A stretch of 64,000 nt of DNA, from the NCBI RefSeq assembly GCF_963921235.1, contig NC_086102.1, positions 20,150,001 to 20,214,000 on the forward strand, given 5' to 3'. Within the stretch, counting starts at the first letter, position 1. Each line of letters begins with the position of its first letter. This stretch comes from Mobula hypostoma (taxonomy: Eukaryota). Below the pieces are notes generated by a model. That model was not told the origin of the DNA and searched no databases. It saw only the letters and a list, made by a program, of their open reading frames with translations. The position numbers and the translations under genes are program-made. This document shows, one piece after another, positions 1-13,025 of the stretch.

Positions 1-62
1 GTTTTCAGAGCCCTACCAGGTACTCCATCAGGGCCTGTCGCCTTGTGAGGGTTTATCCTATT
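1..62 (-). mobile_element. Rex1/Babar-like LINE fragment
   Basis: The minus frame reads GINPHKATGPDGVPGRALK, typical of Rex1 ORF just before the RT domain. Confidence 0.65.
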
Positions 63-3000
63 TAACCATATAACCATATAACCATAACAATTACAGCACG
101 GAAACAGGCCATCTCAGCCCTTCTAGTCTGTGCCGAACTCTTACTCGCACCTAGTCCCACCGACCTGCACACACCCCATAACCCTCCATTCCTTTCCTGT
201 CCATATAGCTGTCCAATTTAACTTTAAATGACAACATCGAACCTGCCTCAACCACTTCTGCTGGAAGCTCATTCCACACAGCTACCACTCTCTGAGTAAA
301 GAAGTTCCCCTTCATGTTACCCCTAAACTTTTGCCCTTTAACTCTCAACTCATGTCCATTTGTTTGAATCTCCCCCACTCTCAATGGAAAAAGCCTATCC
401 ACGTCAACTCTATCTATCCCCCTCATAATTTTAAATACCTCTATCAAGTCCCCCCTCAACCTTCTACATTCCAAAGAATAAAAACCCAACTTGTTCAACC
501 TTTCTTTGTAACTTAGGTGATGAAACCCAGGTAACATTCTAGTAAATCTTCTCTGTACTCTCTCTATTTTGTTGACATCTTTCCTATAATTTGGTGACCA
601 AAACTGTAAACAATACTCCAAATTTGGCCTCATCAATGCCTTGTACAATTTCAACATTACATCCCAACACCTATACTCAATGCTCTGATTTATAAAAGCC
701 AGTATACCAAAAGCTTTCTTCACCACCCTATCCACATGAGGTTCCATTTTCAGGGAACTATGCACCATTATTCCAAGATCCCTCTGTTCTACTGCATTCT
801 TCAATGCCCTACCATTTACCATGTATGTCCTATTTTGATTAGTCCTACCAAAATGTAACACCTCACATTTATCAGCATTAAACTCCATCTGCCATCTTTC
901 AGCCCACTCTTCTAACTGGCCTAAATCTCTCTGCAAGCTTTGAAAACCTACTTCATTATCCACAACACCACCTATCTTAGTATCATCTGCATACTTACTC
1001 ATCCAATTTACCACCCCATCATCCAGATCATTAATGTATATGACAAATAACATTGGACCCAGTACAGTTCCCTGAGGCACACCACTAGTCACCAGCCTCC
1101 AATCTGACAAACAGTTATCCACCGCCACTATCTGGCGTCTCCCATCCAGCCACTGCTGAATCCATTTTACTACTTCAATATTAATACCTCATGATTGAAC
1201 CTTCGTAACCAACCTTCTGTGTGGGACCTTGTCAAAGGCCTTACTGAAGTCCATATAGACACCATCCATCGCTTTACCCTCGTCAACTTTCCTAGTAACC
1301 TCTTCAAAAAATTCAATAAGATTTGTCAAACATGACCTTCCACGCACAAATTCATGTTTACTGTTCCTAATCAGACCCTGTCTATTCAGATAATTATATA
1401 TACCATCCTTAAGAATACTTTCCATCAATTTACCCCACACTGACGTAAAACTCACAGACCGATAATTGCTAGGTTTACTCTTAGAACCCTTTTTAAAAAA
1501 TGGAACAACATGAGTAATACGCCAATCCCCCGGCACCATCCCCATTTCTAATAACATTTGAAATATTTCTGTCAGAGCCCCTGCTATTTCCACACTAACT
1601 TCCCTCAAGGTCCTAGGGAATATCCTGTCAGGACCCGGAGACTTATCCACTTTTATGTTCCTTAAAAGCTCCAGTACTTCCTCTTCTTTAATCATCATAG
1701 ATTCCATAACTTCCCTACCTGTTTCTCTTATCTTACCCAATTCAATATCCTTCTCCTTAGTGAATACCGAAGAAAAGAAATTGTTCAGAATCTCCCCCAT
1801 CTCTTTTGGCTCTACACATAGCTGTCCACACTGATTCTCTAAGGGAACCAATTTTATCCCTCACTATCCTTTTGCTATTAATATAACGGTGGAAACCTTT
1901 GGGATTTATTTTCACCTTACTTGCCAAAGCAACCTCATATCTGCTTTTAGCTTTTCTAATTTCTTTCTTAAGATTCTTTTCACTTTCTTTATATTCCTCA
2001 AGCACCTCATATTCTCCATGCTGCCTATATTTAGTGTAGAGATAAAGGTGGGAAGATGTGCCTGGAGGCAGTGGAAGTGAGCGAGGTCCTCAATGAATAC
2101 TTCTCTTCGGTATTCACCAATGAGAGGGAACTTGATGATGGTGAGGACAATATGAGTGAGGGTGATGTTCTGGAGCATGTTGATAATAAGGGAGAGGAGG
2201 TGTTGGAGTTGTTAAAATACATTAGGCCAGATAAGTTCCCGGGGCCTGACAGAATATTCCCCAGGCTGCTCCATGAGGCGAGAGAAGAGATTACTGAGCC
2301 TCTGGCTAGGATCTTTATGTCCTCGTTGTCCACGGGAATGGTACTGGAGGATTGGAGGGAGGTGAATGTTGTCCTCTTGTTCAAAAAAGGTAGTAGGGAT
2401 AGTCCGGGTAATTATAGACCAGTGAGCCTTACGTCTGTGGTGGGAAAGCTGTTGGAAAAGATTCTTAGAGATAGGATCTATAGGCATTTAGAGAATCATG
2501 GTCTGTTCAGGGACAGTCAGCATGGCTTTGTGAAGGGCAGATCGTGTCTAACAAGCCTGATAGAGTTCTTTGAGGAGGTGACCGGGCATATAGATGAGGG
2601 TAGTGCAGTGGATGTGATCTATATGGATTTTAGTAAGGCATTTGACGAGGTTCCACACGGTAGGCTTATTCAGAAAGTTAGAAGGCATGGGATCCAGGGA
2701 AGTTTGGCCAGGTGGATTCAGAATTGGCTTGCCTGCAGAAGGCAGAGGGTGGTGGTGGAGGGAGTACATTCAGATTGGAGGATTGTGACTAGTGGTGTCC
2801 CACAAGAATCTGTTCTGGGACCTCTACTTCTCATGATTTTTATTAACGACCTGGATGTGGGGGTAGAAAGTTGGGTTGGCAAGTTTGCAGACGACACAAA
2901 GGTTGGTGGTGTTGTAGATAGTGTAGAGGATTGTCAACGATTGCAGAGAGACATTGATGGGATGCAGAAGTGGGCTGAGAAGTGGCAGATGGAGTTCAAC

Positions 3001-4195
3001 CCGGAGAAGTGTGAGGTGGTACACTTTGGAAGGACAAACTCCAAGGCAGAGTACAACGTAAATGGCAGGATACTTGGTAGTGTGGAGGAGCAGTGGGATC
3101 TCGGGATACATGTCCACAGATCCCTGAAAGTTGCCTCACAGGTGGATAGGGTAGTTAAGAAAGCTTATGGGGTGTTAGCTTTCATAAGTCGAGGGATAGA
3201 GTTTAAGATTCGCGATGTAATGATGCAGCTCTATAAAACTCTGGTTAGGCCACACTTGGAGTATTGTGTCCAGTTCTGGTCACCTCACTATAGGAAAGAT
3301 GTGGAAGTATTGGAAAGGGTACAGAGGAAATTTACCAGGATGCTGCCTAGTTTGGAAAGTATGCATTATGATCAGAGATTAAGGGAGCTAGGGCTTTACT
3401 CTTTGGAGAGAAGGAGGATGAGAGGAGACATGATAGAGGTCTACAAGATATTAAGAGGAATAGATAGAGTGGATAGCCAGTGCCTCTTCCCCAGGGCACC
3501 ACTGCTCAATACAAGAGGACATGGCTTTAAGGTAAGGGGTGGGAAGTTCAAGGGGGATATTAGAGGAAGGTTTTTCACTCAGAGAGTGGTCAGTGCGTGG
3601 AATGCACTGCCTGAGTCAGGGGTGGAGGCAGATACACTAGTGAAGTTTAAGAGACTACTATACAGGTATATGGAGGAATTTAAGGTGGGGGCTTATATGG
3701 GAGGCAGGGTTTGAGAGTCGGCACAACATTGTGGGCCAAAGGGCCTGTACTGTGCTGTACTATTCTATGTTCTCTGTTCTATGTTTTATATCTTTCTTTT
3801 TCCAAACCAAAGTTCCAATATCCCTTGAAAACCATGGCTCTCTCAAAGTTTTAACCTTTCCTTTCTTCCTAACAGGAACATAAAGATTCTGTACTCTCAA
3901 AATTTCACCTTTAAATGACCTCCATTTCTCTATTACATTCTTTCCATAAAACAAATTGTCCCAATCCACTCCTTCTAAATCCTTTCGCATCTCCTCAAAG
4001 TTAGCCTTTCTCCAATCAAAAATCTCAACCCTGGGTCCAGACCTATCCTTCTTCATAATTATATTGAAACTAATGGCATTGTGATCACTGGACCCGAAGT
4101 GCTCCCCAACACAAACCTCCGTCTCCTGACCTATCTCATTCCCTAACAAGAGATCCAACACTGCCCCTTCTCTAGTTGGTACCTCTATGTATTGC
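63..4195 (-). mobile_element. CR1-clade LINE (5'-truncated, frameshifted), interrupted by another CR1 at about 2040-3785
   Basis: ORFs 3760-4161 (endonuclease end, SDHN), 1757-2005, 1189-1851 and 151-1128 (GVPQG, KYADDTK). Short tandem 3' tail at 63-90. Confidence 0.92.
2040..3785 (+). mobile_element. Young 5'-truncated CR1 LINE with an uninterrupted 552-codon RT/C-terminal ORF (2056-3714)
   Basis: PGPD, NYRPVSLTS, DFSKAFD, KFADDTK and YCVQFWSP motifs. (TTCTATG)n tail at about 3762-3785. Confidence 0.95.
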
Positions 4196-4384
4196 TCTTG
4201 AAAGACAGTCCGATGTTGGTCTCTGAAACAGCGGTCACAGTGTCAACAGGTGCTGCAGGGATCCTCATATTTGAAGTTTTATTGTCCTTTTTCAAAGTGT
4301 GTGTAAAAGGTGTTGAGGTCCTCCGGGAGTGAAACGTCACTGCCATTCATGATATTAATATTAATATTAATGACACTCATGGCA

Positions 4385-7218
4385 TCCATGATATCGAGGA
4401 GCAGATAGGCAGATAGATTCTAGAAAAGGTATAATAATAACAGGGTTGTCGTAGTGGGAGATTTTAATTTCCCAAATATTGATTGGCATCTCCCTAGAGC
4501 AAGGGGTTTAGATGGGGTGGAGTTTGTTAGGTGTGTTCAGGAAGGTTTCTTGACACAATATGTAGATAAGCCTACAAGAGAAGAGGCTGTACTTGATCTG
4601 GTATTGAGAAATGAACGTGGTCAGGTGTCAGGTCTCTCAGTGGGAGAGCATTTTGGAGATAGTGATCACAATTCTATCTCCTTTACCATGGCATTGAAGA
4701 GGGATAGGGACAGACAAGTTAGGAAAGTGTTTAATCGGAGCAAGGGGAAATATGAAGCTACCAGGCAGGAACTTGGAAGATTAAATTGGGAACAGATATT
4801 CTAGGGAAATGTACAGCAGAAATGTGGGAAATGTTCAGGGGATATTTGCATGGAGTTCTGCATAGGTACGTTCCGATGAGACAGGGAAAGGATGGTAGGG
4901 TACAGGAACCGTGGTGTACAAAGGCTGTTGAAAATCTAATCAAGAAGGAAAGAAAAGCTTACGAAAGGTTCAAAAAAACTAGATAATGATAGAGATCTAG
5001 AAAATTATAAGGCTAACAGGAAGGAATTTAAGAATAAAATTAGGAGAGCCAGAAGGGGCCATGAGAAGGCCTTGGCGAGCAGGATTAAAAAAAACCCCAA
5101 GGCATTCTACAAGTATGTGAAGAACAAGAGGATAAGACATGAGAGAATAGGACCAATCAAGTGTGACAGTGGAAAGGTGTGTATGGAACCAGAGGAGATA
5201 GCAGAGGTACTTAATGGATAATTTGCTTCAGTATTCACTTCGAGAAAGGATCTTGGCGATTGTTGGGATGACTTACAGTGGACTGAAAAGCTTGAGCATA
5301 TAGACATTAAGAAAGAGGATGTGCTGGAGGTTTTGGAAAGCATCAAGTTGGGTGAGTCTCCTGGACCAGACGAGATGTACCCCAGGCTACTTTGGGAAGC
5401 GAAGGAGGAGATTGCTGAGCCTCTGGCAATGATCTTTGCATCATCAATGGAGATGGGAGAGGTTCCAGAGGATTGGAGGGTTGCAGATGTTGTTCTCTTA
5501 TTCAAGAAAGGGAGTAGAGATAGCCCAGGAAATTATAGGCCATTGAGTCTTAGTTCATTGGTTGGTAAGTTGATGGAGAATCCTGAAGGCAGGATTTACG
5601 AACATTTGAAGAGGCATAATATGATTAGGAATAGTCAGCATGTGTGGGCACGTAGCCAAGTGGATAAGGCACTCAACTATCAATCTGAAGGTCGTGAGTT
5701 CAAGCCCCAGCCGAGGCAGCGTGTTGTGTCCTTGAGAAAGGCACTTAATCACACAGTGCTCTGCAACGACACTGGTGCCAAGCTGTATGGGTCCTAATGC
5801 CCTTCCCTTGGACAACATCGGTGTCATGGAGAGGGGAGACTTGCAGCATGGGCAACTGCTGGTCTTCCATACAACCTTGCCCAGGCCTGCGCCCTGGAGA
5901 GTGAAGACTTTCCAGGTGCAGATCCATGTTCTCGCAAGACTAACGGATGCCTTTACCAGTCAGCATGGCTTTGACGAGCCTAATTGAATTTTTTGAGGAT
6001 GTGACTAAACACATTGATGAAGATATAGCAGTAGATGTAGTGTCTATGGATTTCAGCAAGGCATTTGATAAGGTACCCCATGCAAGGCTTATTGAGAAAG
6101 TAAGGAGGCATGGGATCCAAGTGGACAATGCTTTGTGGATCCAGAACTGGCTTGCCCACAGAAGGCAAGAAGTGGTTGTAGATGGGTCATATTCTACATG
6201 GAAGTCAGTGACCAGTGGTGTGCCTCAGGGATCTGTTCTGGGATCCCTTCTCTTTGTGATTTTTATAAATGGCCTGGATGAGGAAGTGGAGGGATGGGTT
6301 AGTAAATTTGCTGATGACACAAAGGTTGGAGGTGTTGTGGATAGTGTGGAGGGCTGTCAGAGGTTACAGCGGGACATCAATAGGAAGCAAAACTAGGCTG
6401 AGAATTGGCAAATAGAGTTCTACCCAGATAAGTGTGAAGTGGTTCATTTTGGTAGGTCAAATATGATGGCAAAATATAGTATTAATGGTAAGATTCCTCC
6501 AGTGTTGAGGATCAGAGGGATCTTGGGGTCCGAGTCCATAGGACACTCAAAGCTGCCGCGCAGGTTGACTCTGTGGTTAAGAAGGCATACAGTGCATTGG
6601 CCTTCATCAACCATGGAACTGAGTTTAAAAGCCAAGAGGTAATGTTGCAGCTATGTAGGATCCTGGTCAGACCCCACTTGGAGTACTGTGTTCAGTTCTG
6701 GTCACCTCACTACAGGAAGGACGTGGAAACTATAGAAAGGGTTCAGATTTACAAGAATATTGCCTGGATTGGGGAGCATGCCTTATAAGAATAGATTAAC
6801 TGAACTCGGCCTTTTCTCCTTGGAGTGGCGGAGGATGAGAGGTGACCTGATAGAGGTGTATAAGATAATGAGAGGCATTGATCATGTGGATAGTCAGAGG
6901 CTTTTTCCCAGGGCTGAAATGGCTAGCACAAGAGGGCATAGTTTTAAGGTGCTTGGAAGTATGTACAGAGGAGATGTCAGGTGTAGGTTTTTTACGCAGA
7001 GAGTGGTGAGCGCATGGAATGGGCTGCCAGCAACGGTGGTGGAGGCGGATACGATAGGGTCTTCTAAGAGATTCCTGGATAGGTGCATGGAGCTTAGAAA
7101 AATAGAGGGCTATGGGTAACTCTAGGTAATTTTTAAAGTAAGCGTATGTAGGGCACAGCATTGTGGGCTGAAGGGCCTGTATTGTGTTGTAGGTTTTCTG
7201 TGTTTCTATGTTTCTATT
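4385..7218 (+). mobile_element. Degenerate CR1 LINE (endonuclease end to 3' tail), interrupted by a SINE
   Basis: GDFN, SDHN, GVPQG and KFADDTK in broken ORFs 4454-7119. TTTCTATG tail. Confidence 0.92.
5643..5957 (+). mobile_element. Full-length tRNA-derived SINE with a 10-bp target-site duplication
   Basis: A box TAGCCAAGTGG, B box GTTCAAGCC, CORE-like TGTGTCCTTGAGAAAGGCACTTAA. AGTCAGCATG is duplicated at 5633-5642 and 5958-5967. Confidence 0.88.
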
Positions 7219-7734
7219 ATGTTTCGCTTTGTAGGATATTGATGGGTTTTTAAAGAGGTTCAGAGCACAAAATGAGAGACAGACAAAATATACTGATTTG
7301 TTACAGTGTTGAAGGACGGCTCCCTGACTAGGCAAACAGCAGAATATTAATTAACAAAAAAAGATAATCTCTTAATTGTGGAATAACAGCAGAGATATGT
7401 CTGGCAAAATGCAGAAGATGGCCAGGGTTTCAGTGAAGGCCAATTAACAAGAACAATCATTCATCATCTTCCCCTACATTGATACCACGGTAATGAATCA
7501 GAATGTCCCACACCAGATCATTCATTTCAATGGCATTTTAAGTATCCATGGAAGTTAAATTACGAACAGGTCTCTATTTTTAAAAACTGCTCCTCATTTT
7601 AATTAATGCCCCCATCCATATAATTCCATAATTTTGGAATAAATTTCTAACACATGGTGGAATGGTCAGGACGGAGCTGCTTTCCGCATGGGAAACCTCT
7701 CCATTAGCAGTACCTTATTTTTATTTAGAGATAA

Positions 7735-8278
7735 ATGGAAAATCATACAAAAAGTAGTGGATACAGCCCAGTCCCTCACAGGTAAAGCCCTCCCCACCAT
7801 TGAGCACAAGATGTTGTCATAGGAAAGCAGCATCCATCATCAGGGATGCTCACCACCCAAGACATGCTCTCTTCTCACTGCTGTCATTGGCAAGAAAGTA
7901 CAAGAGCCTCAGGACCCGCACCACCAGGGTCAGGAACAGCTATTATCGTGCAACCATCGGCACTTGAACCAAAGTTTATAACTTCACTTGTCCTATGTTC
8001 TCACAATATATGGACTCACTTTCGAAGATTCTTCATCTCATATTCTCGATATTTATTGCTTATTTATTATTATTATTATTATTATTATTTCTTTTTGTAT
8101 TTGCACAGATTGTTGTCTTTTGCACACTGGTTGAACACTTAAGTTGTAGTGGCCTTTATTAGATTCTGTAATTCTATTAAGGATTTATTGAGTATGCCCG
8201 CAAGGAAATGAATCTCAGGGTTGCATATGGTGACATACATGTACTTTGATAATAAATTTATTTTGAACTTTGAACTTT
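7735..8278 (+). mobile_element. Rex1/Babar-like LINE 3' fragment with internal (ATT)n
   Basis: Shares the AGCAGCATCCATCATC...CAGGAACAG and TACTTTGATAATAAA..TTGAACTTTGAAC tail with many copies in the window. Confidence 0.7.
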
Positions 8279-9374
8279 AGATATAGCATGGCATCAGGAC
8301 CTTCCAACCCAATGATTCTGTGCAGCCCACTTGGACCCATGTGACCAATTAATCTACTGACCTAATGTGGGATGAAACCGGAGTATCCAAAGGAAATCCA
8401 CACAGTCATGGGGAGAATGTACAGACTCCTTACAGGGAGCAACAGTACACAGAGTGGAATACTGACCGGGGAATAATGTGCCTCAGGAATCTCCTAGACT
8501 GCCTTCATGCTCATCTTTGTGTCTGTCTGATTGCAATCTGTTGGCCAACAGAATCACCAACTTCTGAAATGTGCTATGCACAAAGCAAGCAGCCTCCTGA
8601 TGATATGAGCTGTTGTTCAACCACCAAAACCTAAAGCTCCAGCTCTGATGCGGTTGATGCTTCCAACAACTGTGGTTTTCCAGGATCTGGAAACATCCCG
8701 GAATTCCCACACAGCTTGGGATGTAATTTCTGTGTATATGCAGTTCTCTGCCATGTCTATATTTAATCAGCTCAACTAACAAAAAGTTCAAGTTCAACTT
8801 TATTGTATGCATGTACCGTATACCTCCAAAGGAAAAAACTGTCCTACGGACCAATATGCACATGATACATATTACTCAGCCACAACACATGAAGTAATAT
8901 TACTACAAATAAATTAACCAATAATAAAATATATCCCAGAAGACTGAGGTCAAGCATAAGGTACATTTACAACACAAGTTAAAAAGTAAGCAGTAGAATG
9001 CTACTGGCACTTCATAACTGAATAAGGAAACAAAATAAGAAACATAATTAAAATAATCTTATTAGACTACTAACAATTTTACTTCAGGGGAACAAACAAA
9101 GTGCTGGACGAACTTAGTTGAAGGACCTCAATCTGAGAAGTTGATGGTCGATTTCCCTCCAAAGATACTGCCTGACCTGTTGAGTTCCTCCATCGTTTTG
9201 TTTGCTGCTCCAGATTACAGCGTCTGCAATCTCATGTGTACTTAAGGCACTTTACAAATTCCTCAGTTTTATATTCATAACTAAATATTTGTTTAAACAT
9301 TCCGGTGATCTGTTTTGTTCAAACTTTTGAATCTCACTTGGGTTTTATTTCCTATGCTAAATGTGGAGTGAAGT

Positions 9375-10110
9375 CAGAAATCAGAGGCGCAAAGGGACGA
9401 GGGGGTCCTACTGCAGGATTCCCTAAAGGTTAACTTGCAGGTTGACCTGGTGGTAAGGAAGACAAATGCAATGCTAGCTTACATTTTGAGCGGACTTGAA
9501 TATAAAAGCAAAGAGGTAATGCTGAGGCTTTATAAGGCATTGGTCAGACTGCATGTGGAGAATTGTGAGCAGCTTTGGGGCCCTTATCTAAAGAAGAATG
9601 TGCTGGCGTTGGAGAGGGTCCAGAGGAGGTTCACAAGAACAATCCTGGGAATGAAAGGGTTACTGTATGAGAAGTGTTTGATGGCTCCGGGCCTGTACTT
9701 CGCTGGAGTTTAGAAAATGATGGGGGATCTTACTGAAACCTATTGAATATTGAAATCCCTAGACAAAGTGGACATGGAGAGGATATTTCCTATAGCGGAA
9801 GAGTCTAGGAACAGAGAGCACAGCTTCAGAATACAAGGACATCCCTTTAGAACAGAGATGAGTAGGAACTTCTTTAGCCAGAGGACAGTGAATCTCTGGA
9901 ATTCATTGCCACAGATGGCTGTAGAGTCTAAGTAATTGAGTATATTTAAAGCGGGGCTTGATAGGTTCTTGATTAGTAAGGACATCAAAGGTTACAGGGA
10001 GAAGGCAGGAGAATGGGGATGAGAGAGCTAATAAATCAACCATGATGGAATGGTGGAGCAGACTAGATAGGCCAAATGGTATAATTCTGCTCCTATATCT
10101 TACGGTCTTA
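9375..10110 (+). mobile_element. CR1 LINE 3' fragment
   Basis: ORF 9435-9713 (LYKALVR..LERVQRRFTR) and 9750-9935, followed by the family 3' UTR. Confidence 0.85.
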
Positions 10111-10732
10111 TAGTACTATATACCTTAATTTCCTTAATACAGCAATCAGAAAAAAAATCTAACTTAAATATCCTCAGCCACTGAGCCTGTGGAGCTCCTT
10201 TGGGTAGAATATAAATACATTTCTTCTCATAATGGTTCTGAATTCCAATCCCTTATTTCAGACTGTGACTCCTGGCTTTATTGTAACATTACTGTTTTTA
10301 CATCTACCTTGTTAAGCCCCATGATCTTCCATGTTTCAATTGAACCACATCTCTTGCTTCTGAACTCTAGAGGGCACAGGCCCAAGCAGCTTAATATTTT
10401 ACAGGGCAATCTCTGCATCCTCAGGAATATACACGGAATCTGTGAAAAAGTGTGAGCAAAGAAGTGGAGAAACTCTTTATTCAATCAAATTAACTAATCG
10501 TCATTTAGGAAGGTAGTAAATATCCACTACCAATTATAAAGCAAACTGATATGAATACCAAAACTTTAATAACCCGGATGGAATTAGGAGAATCAAATGG
10601 ACAGAAAATATTAATGTAGCTATTTCCCCAACAGTAATTTCAATCCAATGTTAGAAAACTCCATACTTAAAAAGAACCAGGGAGGATATTTAACAGTAAT
10701 TAACGCATCGCGCCGTTAATAAATACTCTTAC

Positions 10733-10980
10733 TTCTGAATGAATCTGCCCTTGAATTTTCCAAGTAGAACATGAATGCTAGTACAGCATGATGCGACCGT
10801 TTTCTTCTTCTCCTGCCTTAATACCAAAACCATGGATCCGCTCACTAACAGGAACAATGACATTGGTTTGCTCCCTGAATGGTGGAGGCAGAGTTAGCGG
10901 TCAGAGCGTCTCGCAGTAACTCGGCGTGATGCTCCTGGTGCAGTCTCATCACGGAACGCTGAGTTCGTTCGCGAAAACCG
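10733..10980 (-). other. Candidate first/5' exon of a divergently transcribed gene (HLCS expected by synteny; 5' end uncertain)
   Basis: Donor CAGAA|GTAAGA at 10733/10732 within a CpG-rich stretch upstream of ripply3. No recognisable HLCS peptide. Confidence 0.3.
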
Positions 10981-11257
10981 CAACGGCGTCCCCGGTTTGG
11001 AGAAGGACGGCACCTCCAAAGACAACTGGATCCCCTCCGTCAAATACTGTACACAAATACGTGTATTTACTGTCAGGTTTCCGTTTTACATTGGCGTTCA
11101 CTGAATCTCTGATTCCTGGTCCAGGAAAGCATGGAAAAGGAATTCCACAGGAAAGAGTTCCACAATCCAGCGTTCCAGTGGAGAATGGCGCTCAACAGAG
11201 CGAAATGCTAGGCAAGCTATAATTTCACATCCAATTACCTATTGCACCGCAGACGTG

Positions 11258-11525
11258 TATCTCTCTCTCTCTCTTCCCCTCCCTCCCTCTCTCTCTCTTT
11301 CTTCCAGTCTCTCTCACTCACTCTCTCTCTCACTCACTCTCTCTCTACCCCTCTCCCCCCCTCTTCCCCCTCTCTCTCTCTTCCCCTCCCTCCCTCTCTC
11401 TTACTCACTCTCTCTTCCAATCTCTCTCACTCACTCTCTCTCGCTCTCTCTCTCTTCCAGTCTCTCTCTCTCTCTCTCACTCTCTCTGTCTGTCTATCTC
11501 TCTCTCTCTCTCTGTCTCTCTCTCC
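11258..11525. repeat. Imperfect (CT)n/(CTCA)n polypyrimidine microsatellite
   Basis: About 265 bp of almost pure C/T on the + strand. Confidence 0.95.
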
Positions 11526-11859
11526 GCAATCCCTTCCAATATTCACGATTCCAGTCGAAATGTGTTGGAGTAACTTTTATCATAAATTACCAGTTTAAAG
11601 ATGTATTGAAATCATACTCTGCTTTGTCAAGAGTCATTGCTTTTGACAGCTGTTTGTCCTGGTGGAGAGGCGCGCAGGGGGGTACATTCAATATAAGCAG
11701 AATTATTGATCCATTTAACTGCGGGGTGGGGGAGCAGAATTGTCTAATGAAGACTTCAAACGCCTTTGTCAAAAGGCAACAAAAGAACATAGTTCTGAAA
11801 TGTTTCAGTAGAGTTGTGAAGGGTTCCGTATATCAAAGTCTGGCTAAGTCAATTAGTTC

Positions 11860-12130
11860 CATAAGACAAAGGAGCAGAATTAGGACATTCGGACAATCGA
11901 GTCTGCTCCGTCATTCCGTTATGGCTGATTTATTATCCCTCTCAATCCTACTCTCCTGCCTTCTCCCCGTAGCCTTTGAGACCCTTACTAATCAAGAGCC
12001 TGTCGAGACCTCCGCCTTAAATATACCCAATAACTTAGCCTCCACAGCGGTCTATGGCAATGAATTCCAGATTCACCACCTTCTGACTAAAGAAATTCCC
12101 CTTCATCTCCGTTCGAAATGGACGCCCTTG
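11860..12130 (-). mobile_element. CR1 3' end fragment (similar copies at 13230-13435 and 20325-20540)
   Basis: Reverse complement of the 3' end at 9850-10110 (GCAGAATTAGGCCATT...ATGGCTGATTTATT). Confidence 0.8.
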
Positions 12131-12453
12131 AAATAAGAATTCCCTAAAATAAGAATGTGTTTCTGTCGAGCTCTGTGGAATTAGCTGCGATTGTGGTTGT
12201 TGCTGCGTTCACCAGCAACTTTCATGTGTGTTGCGATTGTGGTGTTCAGTTTGCAGGGAAATACTAGCGAAGAGCTGAACTGCTCCGCCAAATGTTTAAG
12301 AGCTACTTCGGAGATGCTGCAATCAGACAAACGGAAAGTCACGCCCTCCGGCCCCTGGGTGGGATAATTTGTCCTGTTTAAAGACCTGGAGAATCGGCGA
12401 GGGGATGTCACTTGTTGCTGGACTGACTCACTGACTGGCTCAGCAGTGAAATA

Positions 12454-12554
12454 ATGGAAACTGCATTTTACTGTGTCCGGGCCAAAGTCACACAGACCTG
12501 CCACTGCTGCAGGGGGAGGCAAGCAGAGACAGGGAACTCCGGGCAGGCTCAGAG
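12454..12554 (+). CDS. ripply3: Ripply3 coding exon 1 (METAFYCVRAKVTQTCHCCRGRQAETGNSGQAQ-)
   Basis: ATG at 12454, open frame up to the donor AG|GTAAGA at 12555. Phase 2 joins exon 2 in frame. Confidence 0.85.
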
Positions 12555-12958
12555 GTAAGATCAGGCACTCGATTGCATTCGAAAGCAGATGGCGTGTGTT
12601 ATTTACAGAAAATTCCCGCTTACAATAATATGTTTACACTTTATATTAAACCCATTCGTCTGATACCAGCGTCAGAATTGTGAAGCATCGGGAAGTGACG
12701 GCAACGAATTTTGTTTACTAATAATGAGATTAAAATTGTGTAATTCAATAAGTGTAAACAAAATAGAGCCGAGATCACCCTTAAAAAAACTTTCACGAGT
12801 AGTGCGTTAAGTAGTTTCCATTTTCTGAGTTTAGAGTTTTGTTCTCATGTTGTAAATTATTTGGCGTTTAGATATTAAACTCATTAAAAAGGGAGCTTTG
12901 TTTCTCTCCTGATTTATTTATTTTGTTAAAACGATGACATAATCTCCTTTGTGCACAG

Positions 12959-13025
12959 TTCCCCGGCGTTATGGAGACCTTGGGTTGTCACAGCCAGAGA
13001 CACGGAAAAGCGCAAGCGAAGCTCG
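12959..13025 (+). CDS. ripply3: Ripply3 coding exon 2 (S-SPALWRPWVVTARDTEKRKRSS), Groucho/TLE-binding WRPW motif
   Basis: Acceptor ctttgtgcacAG, donor GTAAGG. Encodes WRPW in frame with exons 1 and 3. Confidence 0.95.

Noticed and set aside
2056-3714. 552-aa RT ORF as a host gene or retron/DGR-type RT system
   Set aside because: Ordinary 5'-truncated CR1 ORF2 with the family 3' tail. It lacks the endonuclease and a promoter.
5643-5715. tRNA gene
   Set aside because: It is the tRNA-like head of a TSD-flanked SINE and has no terminator after the B box.
11255-12136. 293-aa ORF (and overlapping 118-aa ORF)
   Set aside because: Reads through a CT microsatellite (SLSL...) and an antisense CR1 end. 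Not a gene.
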